In this document: positions 1 through 10,292 of the stretch, piece after piece
How the letters are laid out: every line of letters begins with the position of its first letter
Numbering within the stretch: position 1 is the stretch's first letter
Sequence record: OZ346187.1
Strand: one strand, 5' to 3'
Length of the DNA: 64,000 nt
From: a phage
The notes under the pieces: model-generated
What the model was told of the DNA's origin: nothing
What the model saw: only the letters and a program-made list of their open reading frames with translations
Databases searched by the model: none
Made by a program: the position numbers and the translations under genes

Positions 1-332
1 ATGAAGGCGGCGTTAGTTTCAAAAATGGGAAAAAACCAGAAGCGCTTTTGAAGCGAATTTTCGAAATGTGTACGCGAGAAGGCGATTTGGTATTGGATTC
101 ATTCGGTGGTTCGGGAACTACTGCTGCTGTAGCTCACAAGATGAAAAGACGTTGGATCTCAATCGAGCTAGGTGATCATTGTCATACCCATATTATTCCG
201 CGCTTGGAAAAAGTGATCGATGGTGAAGATCAAGGTGGTATTTCTAAGTCTGTAAACTGGGAAGGTGGTGGTGGCTTCCGCTATTACAAACTTACCCCGA
301 CCTTAATTGCGAAAGATAAGTCTGACCAATAA
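1..332 (+). CDS. DNA methyltransferase, C-terminal fragment (5' end lies outside window)
   Basis: Frame is open from position 3 with no upstream stop; translation contains DSFGGSGTT, a SAM-binding motif I typical of beta-class N6A/N4C methyltransferases; stop at 330-332. Confidence 0.6.
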   Translation, partial: EGGVSFKNGKKPEALLKRIFEMCTREGDLVLDSFGGSGTTAAVAHKMKRRWISIELGDHCHTHIIPRLEKVIDGEDQGGISKSVNWEGGGGFRYYKLTPTLIAKDKSDQ

Positions 333-345
333 AGAGTACAATCAA

Positions 346-651
346 ATGATGAAACGTTATAAACCATACACTTTTGAAATCGATTTCGAACTTGACGATA
401 TGTTCACTGTGGAAGCTCAGGCAGTTGTCCAGTTGCCAGACCCAGAGTGCCGTGATTCTGATGTTGACTATTACGGATTTAGACAAATTACCGATGTGCA
501 TGTTTACCACAACGGTGAAGAGGTGGACTTCCACCAACTGCCAAACGATTTGCGACACTCAATTTACAAACGTGCAGCCCGTGAACTAGAGTCCTATCTG
601 GATGCAGCGACGACAGCAGCTGCATTTGCTGAAGAAGTGGGAGGTTTCTGA
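346..651 (+). CDS. hypothetical protein
   Basis: ORF track 307-651; first ATG after upstream stop at ~346; no recognisable motif. Confidence 0.35.
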   Translation: MMKRYKPYTFEIDFELDDMFTVEAQAVVQLPDPECRDSDVDYYGFRQITDVHVYHNGEEVDFHQLPNDLRHSIYKRAARELESYLDAATTAAAFAEEVGGF

Positions 652-1046
652 TGATTACAGGTGTGAAGGTTATCCAATACCACTTAACCAAATTGGAAGA
701 TGCTGAAAAAGAGCTTGCAGAAGTTCTGAATAGTGGATATACTTTGCTATCATGCGCCTGCTCAGACACCTACGCTGTGTGGACACTTATCCGGAAGGAG
801 GAGCCTGCAGGGATCTTGGTGCCAAACCCTAAGATTATCAGTGAAGTGGATGACTGCTCTCAGGACGGCCTGTCAGAAGGCTGGGAAGTATGGGAAGGTG
901 GTGAAAACCCTGCACCAGGTAAGTGGGTAAAATACAAACTACGTAGCGGTGCACAGCACGCTGGATACTCTGATAACCTGGACTGGAGTCATTCTTCACC
1001 GGAATCATTGGTAAGTGCATATGATATCGTTGCTTTTCAGGAATAA
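651..1046 (+). CDS. hypothetical protein
   Basis: 131-aa ORF; ATG overlaps upstream stop (TGATGA coupling). Confidence 0.4.
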   Translation: MITGVKVIQYHLTKLEDAEKELAEVLNSGYTLLSCACSDTYAVWTLIRKEEPAGILVPNPKIISEVDDCSQDGLSEGWEVWEGGENPAPGKWVKYKLRSGAQHAGYSDNLDWSHSSPESLVSAYDIVAFQE

Positions 1047-1058
1047 GGAGAGAGTGTT

Positions 1059-1541
1059 ATGTCAGATTTTATGTGGAAAGTAGGTTATGCCTCTCCTGAA
1101 ATGTGCGAGGCTTGCTTTGTAAAAATAGGCCGCGAGGATATTGACAAAGTGATCTTTAAGTTTCGTGATGTATCTGTGATCGGCAACCGAGTGCTTAAGC
1201 ACTTAAAGAATCTGAAGCTCACCAAAAAGAAGTTCTTCGGACTTTTCGAAGAGAAAGTTGATGCTTGGACCCATTGCATTCAGGAAGCTAAATCTCACTA
1301 CAGTGCTATCGTTACCCCAGAACGGGTAGCCAAGATGGAAGGATTCATCAACAGCACAGAGTTTGAGTGCCTAAAGGCTGCCCTTAATAGTTATCCAAAG
1401 TGCCTCAAACACCTTGACAAGTATGTAGAAAAGGATGGGGAAATGTACCTAACCCTGGACGCATATTATGAGATGCAAGAAATTTTAAATTTAGATTTGA
1501 CATTGGTATCCACCGAGTATACAATAGGTATCCGGGTTTAA
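1059..1541 (+). CDS. hypothetical protein
   Basis: 160-aa ORF preceded by AAGGAGAGAG RBS; followed by terminator hairpin. Confidence 0.5.
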   Translation: MSDFMWKVGYASPEMCEACFVKIGREDIDKVIFKFRDVSVIGNRVLKHLKNLKLTKKKFFGLFEEKVDAWTHCIQEAKSHYSAIVTPERVAKMEGFINSTEFECLKAALNSYPKCLKHLDKYVEKDGEMYLTLDAYYEMQEILNLDLTLVSTEYTIGIRV

Positions 1542-1546
1542 CACTA

Positions 1547-1575
1547 GGCCCTGCCCGAAAGGGTGGGGCTTTTTG
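1547..1575 (+). terminator. rho-independent terminator
   Basis: GCCCTGCCC-GAAA-GGGTGGGGC hairpin followed by TTTTT; same hairpin recurs at 12926. Confidence 0.6.
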
Positions 1576-1592
1576 CATTAGGAGACAGCAAA

Positions 1593-2357
1593 TTGAAATT
1601 CATCTACAAAGAACACTACCACAAAGGTGTTGTGTGGAGTCTATTTGACGGGTCTGGTGGTGCAGTTATTGACTGGGCAAAAGCTGGGTACCTGTGCCTG
1701 TGCTTTAATGCAGAAGGTGCTGACCACGGCAGTTATGCAGAGGTGATAACCGATCATCCTAACATTCACTATGTGGATTATTGGATTGACCCATGGTTCC
1801 CTCAGGAAACTTTTTGCATGTATCCAGCTCCAGACTTTATTCTTGCATTTCCTCCGTGCACGCATTTAGCGGTATCAGGTGCTGCACATTTTAAGAAAAA
1901 GCTGGCTAAGGATCCTTTGATCCAAATTAATGCTGTAAAGGATGCTCGGGTTGCGGAAGAGTTGGGAGAGATTTACGATTGCCCGTGGCATGTAGAGAAT
2001 CCTGTAGGGGTTATGTCCACACTGTGGCGAAAACCTGATTACCGTTTTCATCCTTCGGATTATGGTGGGTATTTACCGGAGGATGATGTAAACCCCTGGT
2101 TTCCTGAATTTATAGCTCCACGTGATGCCTACCCAAAAATAACTTGCGGCTGGATAGGCAATGGATTTATAATCCCGGCCACAAAACCTGTCCCGCAAAT
2201 AGTTGACGCGGTTAGCGGGTATTCCATGCAACACGCCAAGCTGGGTGGAAAGAGTGCAAGAACGAAGATGATCCGAAGCCTCACGCCACGTGGCTGGGCA
2301 AAAGCCGTATTCTTAGCAAACGAGCCTGTAGTAAGGAGCAGAATTAATGGGAAGTAA
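1593..2357 (+). CDS. putative cytosine-5 DNA methyltransferase-like protein
   Basis: LFDGSGG (motif I-like), FPPCTHLAVSG (PC motif IV-like), WHVENPVG (ENV motif VI); probable TTG start after GGAGA RBS; start uncertain. Confidence 0.4.
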   Translation: MKFIYKEHYHKGVVWSLFDGSGGAVIDWAKAGYLCLCFNAEGADHGSYAEVITDHPNIHYVDYWIDPWFPQETFCMYPAPDFILAFPPCTHLAVSGAAHFKKKLAKDPLIQINAVKDARVAEELGEIYDCPWHVENPVGVMSTLWRKPDYRFHPSDYGGYLPEDDVNPWFPEFIAPRDAYPKITCGWIGNGFIIPATKPVPQIVDAVSGYSMQHAKLGGKSARTKMIRSLTPRGWAKAVFLANEPVVRSRINGK

Positions 2358-4425
2358 ATTTATGGCATCTGCATACAACCGTTTCGGTGAGCCAAACCCG
2401 AAAGCAATTAAGTATAAAAGTGGGGGAAGTGTGAAACGAGACTATCGTGATGAAAAAGAGGTTGAAACTGTAGAGACTGTTTTAGAAAATACTAAAATCG
2501 TCCCTGTCCCACAACAAAATATCGGTCTGATGGCTGCACAATATTTTGGTGTGCGATCAGCATTGTCCCAAGAAGACGGTGTGACAGTCACTGCAACATA
2601 TTTCCCATATTACGACCGATACGGAAATCTGTCCGGTTTCAAAAAGCGTGACTGGACTATTCCTAAAGAACAAAGGGGCCACTTCTCCGTTGTTGGCATA
2701 GTAAAGGCCAACTCCCAGATGTTTGGTCAAAAGCTGTGTGCATCTTCCAACAACCGTAAGCAGATTAACGTTTGTGAGGGAGAAGGTGATGTTATTGCAG
2801 CATGGCAGGCTGCATATCAGATACAAGTAAAAGGGATTCTCACCAACGCTAAAGCCCCGGCAAAGGTGAAGCAGTGGGCTAAAGAGGTCCAGGACGGGAT
2901 CGACGCAGTTATCAACGGTGGTGATCTGGCAGGAAAACCCTGCCTGCCTTTTGTTGGAATTAACTGTGGATGTGCAAACGCAGTAGATACTTTTGCAAAC
3001 AATGAGAAGTTTATCCGTAGCTATGGAACAGTTGTGCTGGCAATGGATAACGATGCAGCTAACGAGGTAGAGAAGCAAAAACACGTCATTAAAGGTGTTG
3101 AGGCCACGCACAATATCGCAGCATTTTTGATGGCTGATAACGTTTACCACGTAGAATACCCTGGTGAAGTAAATGACCCTGACGGGGTAAAAGATATCCG
3201 TGACATGCTGAAGGCTAAAAAGCTGGAAGATATTGTCAACATGTTCCGGCACCCTGTTAAATATGTGCCTGATGCTGTGTCGGATTTAGAAGACTTCTCT
3301 ATCGAGTCTTTGCGGAAAAAGACTTCCAACGGGGTAGATATCAGCGCAGAGTTCCCAAAACTGCAAAAAATGCTAAAAGGCTTGCACAAAGGGACACTCG
3401 TAATGCTTACAGGGCCATCAGGGGGCGGTAAAACAACTGTAGCTAAAAAACTGGAACATTGTATTGCAAGATACCTAATGGACCCGACATGCCCGAAGGC
3501 TGATGACTATGAAGAGGATGATCGTCTATGTATGATCCATCTTGAGGAGGACCCAGAGGAAGCAATTAACTCCTTGTATGCAAACCAGTTAGGGTTTGAT
3601 GTTAAAGAGTTTGTTGAAGATCCTAGCCAGTTTTTAACTGATCAAGAACACGCAGAGATTCACCAATCATGGGCAAAAGCTGGAAAAATCAAAGTGTTCA
3701 AACATTTCGGATCTATTCCGGTGGACGAGTTGATTACCAAGCTTAAGCAAATGGTTTGCCTGTACCATTGCCGTTATATTGTGCTGGATCACCTATCCAT
3801 GGTAATTTCAGGGCTTAATGTTAAGGATGAGCGAAAAGAACTGGACATGGCTATGACTCAGCTGGCTGCGTTTTGTAAGCAGTTTAACGTGTTTATCTTG
3901 GTGATCGCTCACCTCAAACGTACAGAGATTGTGCCTCCTAAGGACAAGGATGGTAACCCGTTACCTTTCTGGTATCCTGTGCGAAAAGAGAATTTGCGAG
4001 GATCGGCGGGGCTTGAACAGTTGAGTTGGGTAGTCATAGGTGTCGAGGCCGAAGAAATGGTGGATCGTTCTCGTGGACGTGTCCGTCTGGTAGGTCTTAA
4101 AAACCGTCCAGCAAAAACTCTAGGTATTGCTGACACTTTGGTTATGGACCCGCACACAGGTAAGTTCCATGATGCCAGTAATTGGTACTGGGACAAAGAA
4201 ATGCAAATGTTTACAGACGGAGAAGGTGGGGAGGTTGTTTGGAGACCTCAGGCTATGTTTGAGGATCAGGAGCATGCAGTTGTAGAAACACCTATGGGCA
4301 AGGTTGTGGCTGATAAGGTTGTAACTCCTACTGTTAAGCCTGTTGACACGCAGGAAGACCTCCAGTACGATGATCCATCCTCTGACCCGGTCCCTGGTTT
4401 TGAGGATGATGAAACGCCTTTTTAA
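2347..4425 (+). CDS. primase-helicase (TOPRIM primase fused to DnaB-like helicase)
   Basis: TOPRIM-like CEGEGD and VLAMDNDAANE; Walker A GPSGGGKTT; Walker B IVLDHLS; 692 aa. Confidence 0.7.
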   Translation: MGSKFMASAYNRFGEPNPKAIKYKSGGSVKRDYRDEKEVETVETVLENTKIVPVPQQNIGLMAAQYFGVRSALSQEDGVTVTATYFPYYDRYGNLSGFKKRDWTIPKEQRGHFSVVGIVKANSQMFGQKLCASSNNRKQINVCEGEGDVIAAWQAAYQIQVKGILTNAKAPAKVKQWAKEVQDGIDAVINGGDLAGKPCLPFVGINCGCANAVDTFANNEKFIRSYGTVVLAMDNDAANEVEKQKHVIKGVEATHNIAAFLMADNVYHVEYPGEVNDPDGVKDIRDMLKAKKLEDIVNMFRHPVKYVPDAVSDLEDFSIESLRKKTSNGVDISAEFPKLQKMLKGLHKGTLVMLTGPSGGGKTTVAKKLEHCIARYLMDPTCPKADDYEEDDRLCMIHLEEDPEEAINSLYANQLGFDVKEFVEDPSQFLTDQEHAEIHQSWAKAGKIKVFKHFGSIPVDELITKLKQMVCLYHCRYIVLDHLSMVISGLNVKDERKELDMAMTQLAAFCKQFNVFILVIAHLKRTEIVPPKDKDGNPLPFWYPVRKENLRGSAGLEQLSWVVIGVEAEEMVDRSRGRVRLVGLKNRPAKTLGIADTLVMDPHTGKFHDASNWYWDKEMQMFTDGEGGEVVWRPQAMFEDQEHAVVETPMGKVVADKVVTPTVKPVDTQEDLQYDDPSSDPVPGFEDDETPF

Positions 4426-4487
4426 TGTTTAACAAAGAGTGGGAGGGGTAGTACAACCGCCTCCCCTTTAAGGAGAACGTTTATACT

Positions 4488-7400
4488 ATGAGTATGTGGA
4501 ATTTTGACTTTGAGGCCTCAGGTCTTCTGGACGAGGAAGATCTTTACTACCATTGTGGCCTGTTTAAAGAGTTGAATAAAAATAATTTTATGTTGTTTTT
4601 GCCTATCAATGATAGATCTCATTACAGTGAAGAGGAGGTTGAAAAAGCAAAACAATTTATGCTGGCAAAGCAAGATATCTATCCTAGCTGCTCTGTCCGT
4701 ATTGCGGATTTCAGCCAGCTTGAATGGTGGTTAACCGGGAACTCCGATTGGTCACCCACATCATTAAGTTGTCACAACTGTTTTAGTTATGACTTTATCT
4801 TGATGGAGAAGCTGTCTGGTATTCATTTTGATATGTTCCGTGATCCCAAGTGTATGGGGACAATCAATAATCATCAGGTGAACCTGTTCGACACTCTGCC
4901 AATGAGTCGTATACTATGGCCCGACAGACCGTTACCTAAAGGATGCCCTGATTCTGTATACAATCCTGTTACAAAACGTATGCAGCAGGTAGGTCCTCAT
5001 GGCCTAATGGCGTGGGGGTACGCTTTAGGAAACCAGAAGGTTAAAATTGATGACTGGAGAAATTTACCTCTGTGGAAGTATGTTGATCGTGTATTCGAGG
5101 ACGTTATCATCCAGGAGCTGCTCTGGAAAGAGCTGGTAGCGGAATCAAAAGGTGTATTCTACGGCAAATCTGACATGCAGAACTTTATGTACGATCCAGC
5201 CAAAGAGAAGCCGAAAGGGTTCAAGAAGATTACCTGGAAGAATGCATTACGCCGAGGCATGCTGCAGCACTTCCTGATGGAGCTGCAGGCCCGTCAGGGT
5301 GTATACTTCGACATAGATGGAGCTATTGCTTTACGTGACCGTTGCGATGCGTGGATGAAAGAAATCGCTGATCGTGTTGAACCACAACTACCTTTAAAAG
5401 AGCTGTCAATGTCTCAGCGGCCCAAGTTCCCTGAAAAGCCGTTTAACCAAGACGGGACAATCTCTAATAATGGTTGGAAATGGTTAAAAGATAAGCTTGG
5501 CTATCCTGTAGACATGAGTGCTTTAGAGTTCAAAGCCCCGCCTAAGCGAGCATTTACCTCTACAGGAGATGTCAGCAAGATGGGGATAAAATGGTGTGAA
5601 GAGATGGGCTGCAAAGACCCCGATAAGATGGCTGATTTCTTGAGAGGCTATATTAAGGGCACCTCCACACCACAACCCTTACCTAAAGAGCTGATGGATC
5701 AGGCAATAAGTGATCTGCAGCAGAAGCGAATGCCTGACTGCAAGATACCTATGAAAATCAGCAATCAGGACGACATCAAGCGATACCTAATCAGTGCTGG
5801 TTGGCTCCCAACAATGTGGAGAACTAAAGATGTAACTAAAGACAGCAAGAAGAAAGCTTTACCTGATGCAGATGTTGATGCACGAGTATATGCATATATG
5901 GACGAGCTTTTGGAGTCAGAGTATTGTGACCTAATTATCAACTTCTGGAACAAAACTGATGCTAAGTTCCAGACAACCGTGCACAAGTTCCGAAGCTTTC
6001 CTAACTCCGAAAGGATTAAAAAGGAAGTATTCGGGAAAATACGTAGAAAAGCCAGGGCACTTATTACTTCTCCGCAACTGAAAGATACGTTTGGACACCT
6101 ATGCCCAAATCTTGAAAAATTGAACGGAGAGATGGCTAAAGATATCGTCTTGTGGTTATCATTGCGAAACCGCAGATCGGTCCTTGATCCAATCAAGGAG
6201 GATAAGGTTGATACTGGTCTTCTTAATCACCCACGTTTGAAGATTGACCATAAGCTTCCTGCTAAAAGCTCTGGATTAACAAACACTTCCAGACAGAAAC
6301 ACAGTATTTGTGCAAACATGCCTAAACCATCTCCTAAAGTGGTTATGGGTAAAGAGATGCGTAGTCTGTGGGGTGTTCCTCCGGGATACTTTGAGATCGG
6401 TATTGACGGGTCCAACTTAGAGCAGCTTATCGGGGCTTGGGGTGCCTTTGAGTTCGACAACGGCCTGTATTATGATGTTGTAAGTAATGGCGATGCACAC
6501 TGTTATTCAGGAGATACACAAATTCTCACGGAGAAAGGGTGGGTGAGGTTTGAAGATCTTGATCCGGGAACACAAGTGTTCCAGTACGATCACAACACCT
6601 CGTCAATGAACCTTGTTACTCCATTAAATTACGTTAAGCGTAGTTATTGTGGGGATATGTATCATTTCCACAACAGTAGTGTGGATTTTATGGTTACAGA
6701 TCAACACAGGATGCTGACTGTGGATCACAGAAGCAATAAATTGTTTGAAGATTTGGCAAAAGACCTGAAAGCAGGTAAAGGGTCTAATTCAGGAAGAAGG
6801 TTTATCCATGCGGCAGAGTTTTATGGGAATACAACCTTATCTCCTGCCCAGGTTAATTTGCTTATTGCTATTCACGATGATGGGCACTTGCATACAAATA
6901 AGGACGGCAGCATCGTGTGCAGGATTCAGGTCGGAAAGGGAAGAAAAGTTGCAACGCTTTTAGATACTTTTTCTGCTCTAAGCCTTAGTTATGTAGAGCA
7001 GAGCGGGAAAACCACAAAAGGGGGCTTACTGGCGAGAAGGTTCCAATTCCACGTTCCGTCCTGGGTATTTGAGTTTTTGGACAACAATAAGGATTTCACC
7101 TATAACCTGATGAACCTTGATAAAGAATCTAAAAACCTGTTTATAGCTTCTTTATCTAACTGGGACGGGTGGGTATCTTCCGAAGGTGGAAAGGTTGCTT
7201 ACTACTCCCAGGCCGAGTGCAGGAAGAAATCTGTAGAGGTGGTGTCTGCGCTGGCTACTCAGTGTGGTTTACGGAATAATACGGTGGCGATTCACAAAAA
7301 AGGTCGTGCCGTGCAGCACAGAATCACAATTGGTAGCAAACAGAGAGCAGGGTTGCTGACACTATCTAAAGAGTCTGTCGAGGTGAGCGGTTCTTTGGTT

Positions 7401-7880
7401 TATTGCGTTACCGTCCCTTCTGGAGCAATCATTGTGAGAAGGAATGGTAAAGTGGCAGTGTGCGGTAACTGTAATAACGCCAAAGCTTACTCTTCTGTAG
7501 CAGGCAAGGAGATTTCCCGTAACGATGGTAAACCTATCACGTATGGGGTTATGTATGGGGCACAAAAAGATAAAGTTGCAGATATGCTGGACATCTCCCC
7601 AGAGTTGGGACAAAGGGTAATCGATGCACTCTGGGATGCCAACCCAGGTCTTAAGGGGCGCAAAGAGGATCTGGAGAAATTCTGGGAAGCAACAGGTAAG
7701 AAGTTTATCTACTCTTTTGATGGTCATGCTATCTGGACCCGATCTAAACACTCTTTACTTAATGCATACCAACAAAATGGCGGTGCATCGTTGTGTGACT
7801 TAGTTGGAATACTCATGCACCACCAGATGGTGAAGCGTGGGTGGTACGATGAAGGTGTTCGTCGTATTATTTATTACCAT
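4488..7880 (+). CDS. DNA polymerase, family A (T7 gp5-like), exon 1, containing an intein
   Basis: N-terminal FDFEASGL...YHCG exonuclease motif; motif A-like IDGSNLEQL; motif B-like RNDGKPITYGVMYGAQ; ORF stop at 7884-7886 is assigned to the intron. Confidence 0.8.
6501..7469 (+). mobile_element. intein with LAGLIDADG-type homing endonuclease, in-frame between polymerase motifs A and B
   Basis: Starts CYSGDTQILTEKG (intein block A); two LAGLIDADG-like motifs (LLIAIHDDGHL, FIASLSNWDGWV); ends ...VAVCGN followed by Cys at 7470; 969 nt, frame preserved. Confidence 0.65.
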
Positions 7881-8132
7881 AAATAACATTGTGGCTTCAT
7901 AGAGTAATCTATGTCGAATAACCTCTTTAACTGCGGGAAGCCTAAACCTTATGGCAAGGTAATCCGCAACGAAGCGCTCAAAAGAGCGAACGCTCAGAGG
8001 CCATTCCGAAAGGAAGTAGACCAGCAAGTGCGGTCGAAATGGGAGGATTCCTGTGGTTGCTTATCATAGGAATATGAGATGGTCCGATCCTACGTGAAAA
8101 CGTATGGCTATGCACGTAATGGTGCGGGGTAG
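7881..8132 (+). mobile_element. ORF-less group I intron in the DNA polymerase gene
   Basis: P-like CTGCGGGAAGCC and Q-like AATCCGCAACG elements; exon ends in U (7880) that can pair with GUGG 11 nt downstream (P1); ACGU-GAAA-ACGU hairpin near 3' end; last nt G (8132); joining 7880 to 8133 keeps frame. Confidence 0.55.
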
Positions 8133-8510
8133 CTTAACGACCTACCTGAACTATTGGATGAGTACCAACTTCAAGTGCCTGACACACCGAAGTATAAGAC
8201 TGTGTACACCTTCGACACAATTGAAGAACTGGAAGCATTTAAGGCAGAGCAGGAAGCCAAACTTCATGTGTTCGACGGTCATAAGTACAAAAAGGCACGC
8301 AAGGATGAGGACGGAAACGAAGTGGTTGACAGAGACGGAAACACGGTGTACGATCCTATCCTGAACGATGACGGAAAGCTTGAACTTATCTGGAGCCCTG
8401 TGGGTGAAATGGTGGTACATTGCTTCTGGCAAGCTTCTAAAATGATGGGAGTCCCGTTCCAGATCACAGGTGAATACTTGTGTGGTCGTAATTGGGGTGA
8501 TTGTCACTAA
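8133..8510 (+). CDS. DNA polymerase, family A, exon 2 (C-terminal)
   Basis: Frame open from 8133; C-terminus ...CGRNWGDCH resembles the Pol I-family terminus (GENWDQAH-like). Confidence 0.55.
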   Translation, partial: LNDLPELLDEYQLQVPDTPKYKTVYTFDTIEELEAFKAEQEAKLHVFDGHKYKKARKDEDGNEVVDRDGNTVYDPILNDDGKLELIWSPVGEMVVHCFWQASKMMGVPFQITGEYLCGRNWGDCH

Positions 8511-8559
8511 TGTAAACTATCAACACATGGAAGTGTTGTTGAGCAAAGAGGAGACTTTT

Positions 8560-8844
8560 ATGGTAGTAGAACCAACAAAAACATTTACATCCATGACTAT
8601 CCCTGTTATTATGCAGGTGGAGTGTGTTCAGGTATCTCAAGTGTGGCCTGGCACCAAAATCCCAACAGGGCCTGATTTCTTTCAGGTTGGGAAAGTGTAC
8701 AATGTCTGGAAGGCACCAGATTGTTACCCTTTCATTAAAGATGACCGTGGGATGCTGTGGTATCTTGGAAATGACTTGACACTGCACCTTGGGAATGCTA
8801 TTATTGCAGTATTCAGACTTAACAAGAAGGAGACCGATCAATGA
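8560..8844 (+). CDS. hypothetical protein
   Basis: ORF track 8470-8844; internal ATG at 8560 follows AGGAGAC RBS and lies after the polymerase stop. Confidence 0.35.
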   Translation: MVVEPTKTFTSMTIPVIMQVECVQVSQVWPGTKIPTGPDFFQVGKVYNVWKAPDCYPFIKDDRGMLWYLGNDLTLHLGNAIIAVFRLNKKETDQ

Positions 8845-9068
8845 CGACTTTGGTTAAAGCCACCTTTGTAGAAGAAAAGATGACAGACATGTCATTCTTT
8901 AAAGAAGGAAAGACCTACGAGGTTTATTCCGATAAAGCTCGTGCAAACAAAATGATTAAAGACGAGGAAGGGGTTGACTGGTATATCTCTCACCTGGCAA
9001 ACGGTGAGTATCATATCTACGGAACCACTTTGCTTGCCAAGTTTGTAGTTGTTGAAGAGGACCTATGA
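8841..9068 (+). CDS. hypothetical protein
   Basis: 75-aa ORF; start overlaps upstream stop. Confidence 0.4.
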   Translation: MTTLVKATFVEEKMTDMSFFKEGKTYEVYSDKARANKMIKDEEGVDWYISHLANGEYHIYGTTLLAKFVVVEEDL

Positions 9069-9259
9069 AAGTAAAGTATCTTGCTGAAGGTATGAATAGG
9101 TATTTTACCCTTGGTGAAGAATATTGGCCCTTTACAAACAACGGCGATGTCTACGTGAAAGATAATTTCGGCACGCCGTGGTTTCTGCACTCTAATGGGC
9201 TGGGATACTCCATTTACTGCGGTGCAGTGAACAACACAACTCTTGCAGAGTTCGTTTAG
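9065..9259 (+). CDS. hypothetical protein
   Basis: 64-aa ORF; start overlaps upstream stop. Confidence 0.35.
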   Translation: MKVKYLAEGMNRYFTLGEEYWPFTNNGDVYVKDNFGTPWFLHSNGLGYSIYCGAVNNTTLAEFV

Positions 9260-9269
9260 AGGAGGTAGG

Positions 9270-9641
9270 ATGTTAGTAAAAGGTACCCACACAGTCAAAC
9301 AACGTATTGAAGTTGAGATTGATGATTGTGAGCTGAAGCATATTTTACGGTCATGCTCCAACGTTTTGCTCCTTAGTATTCTTCAGGAGCGAGCGGAGAA
9401 CGAGTTCTTAAATGCATTGGCAGGCCGTCCCGGTGACTTCTGTGTGCGTAAGCGTGGTGACAACAAGTCGTGGTTGTGGGAGATCGATGCCGACTGGGAT
9501 TACCACAAAAATGAGGGTATAGATGAGCCTATTCGTGAACTGACGGACAAAGAGATTCAGATGTACAATGAAGTTTGTCATTGGGCAACACGCCAACAAA
9601 TTTACCTAGACCCTGTGTGGCTGATTGAAAATAGTCGTTGA
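9270..9641 (+). CDS. hypothetical protein
   Basis: ATG at 9270 preceded by GGAGG RBS; in frame with ORF 9243-9641. Confidence 0.4.
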   Translation: MLVKGTHTVKQRIEVEIDDCELKHILRSCSNVLLLSILQERAENEFLNALAGRPGDFCVRKRGDNKSWLWEIDADWDYHKNEGIDEPIRELTDKEIQMYNEVCHWATRQQIYLDPVWLIENSR

Positions 9642-9666
9642 CAAGAAGTAAGGTTAGATGTAAGAT
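9638..9666 (+). promoter_or_regulatory. sigma70-type promoter
   Basis: TTGACA, 17-bp spacer, TAAGAT. Confidence 0.5.
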
Positions 9667-9717
9667 ACTCCTCACAAACAGAGTATTGATTGTTAAATAA
9701 TTAAGGAGACCTCTAAG

Positions 9718-9945
9718 ATGAAAATCATGTTGAAACCAGAATGCGTTGCAAACGACCGAGCTTTTAAAGATTGCACACTTGGCGCTACTTATGAAGCAGA
9801 GTTTTGTGAGAACCCTTTGGTAAAAGCCCTTTTGGAAGAAGTACTTTATCACAAGAAGAGCTTGATGAGCTGGAAAACTCAGCACAGTGCCTTACCTTTA
9901 AAGATGATGAAGGAGACTCTGTCTGGTGCACTGTTAACGAAGTAG
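9718..9945 (+). CDS. hypothetical protein
   Basis: 75-aa ORF with AAGGAGAC RBS. Confidence 0.4.
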   Translation: MKIMLKPECVANDRAFKDCTLGATYEAEFCENPLVKALLEEVLYHKKSLMSWKTQHSALPLKMMKETLSGALLTK

Positions 9946-9971
9946 TTTTTGTAAAAACTGAACATTAATAC

Positions 9972-10000
9972 TTGACAACAGCGATAGGACCTAATACAAT
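9972..10000 (+). promoter_or_regulatory. sigma70-type promoter overlapped by a palindrome
   Basis: TTGACA, 17-bp spacer, TACAAT; inverted repeat GATAGGACC / GGTCCTATC brackets the -10. Confidence 0.5.
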
Positions 10001-10031
10001 GGTCCTATCAAAACGAAAGGGGACCACAGCA

Positions 10032-10292
10032 ATGACCAAACAATATCAACGAATTAAAGCCAAGGTTAAGCCAGACTATCTAGAGAAGGACTCTGCTTTT
10101 CGGGACTGCACAGCTGACAAAGTTTACACAGGGGCCGTCCTGTTGAACGATAAACTTGAAGTAGATGTGCTGGGTAAAGAGGCCGTTATCGAGGATGACA
10201 ACGGTGACTGTGTTTTCTGCACCACACGAGAGCTAGAAGTCTTAGAATATTTCGGTGAAATCTTCAACTCCTTAGACGACGAGGAAGCGTGA
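10032..10292 (+). CDS. hypothetical protein
   Basis: ORF track 9972-10292; ATG at 10032 follows AAAGGGGA RBS. Confidence 0.35.
   Translation: MTKQYQRIKAKVKPDYLEKDSAFRDCTADKVYTGAVLLNDKLEVDVLGKEAVIEDDNGDCVFCTTRELEVLEYFGEIFNSLDDEEA

Noticed and set aside
2557-3252. 231-aa minus-strand ORF inside the primase-helicase gene
   Set aside because: Fully embedded antisense to a well-supported gene, Cys-rich low-complexity translation, no motifs
5765-6196. 143-aa minus-strand ORF inside the DNA polymerase
   Set aside because: Antisense to the polymerase, no supporting signals
7884-7886. Taking the polymerase stop at 7884-7886 as the true end of the protein
   Set aside because: That would leave the polymerase without its conserved C-terminus, which is encoded in frame 250 nt downstream after a sequence with group I intron features
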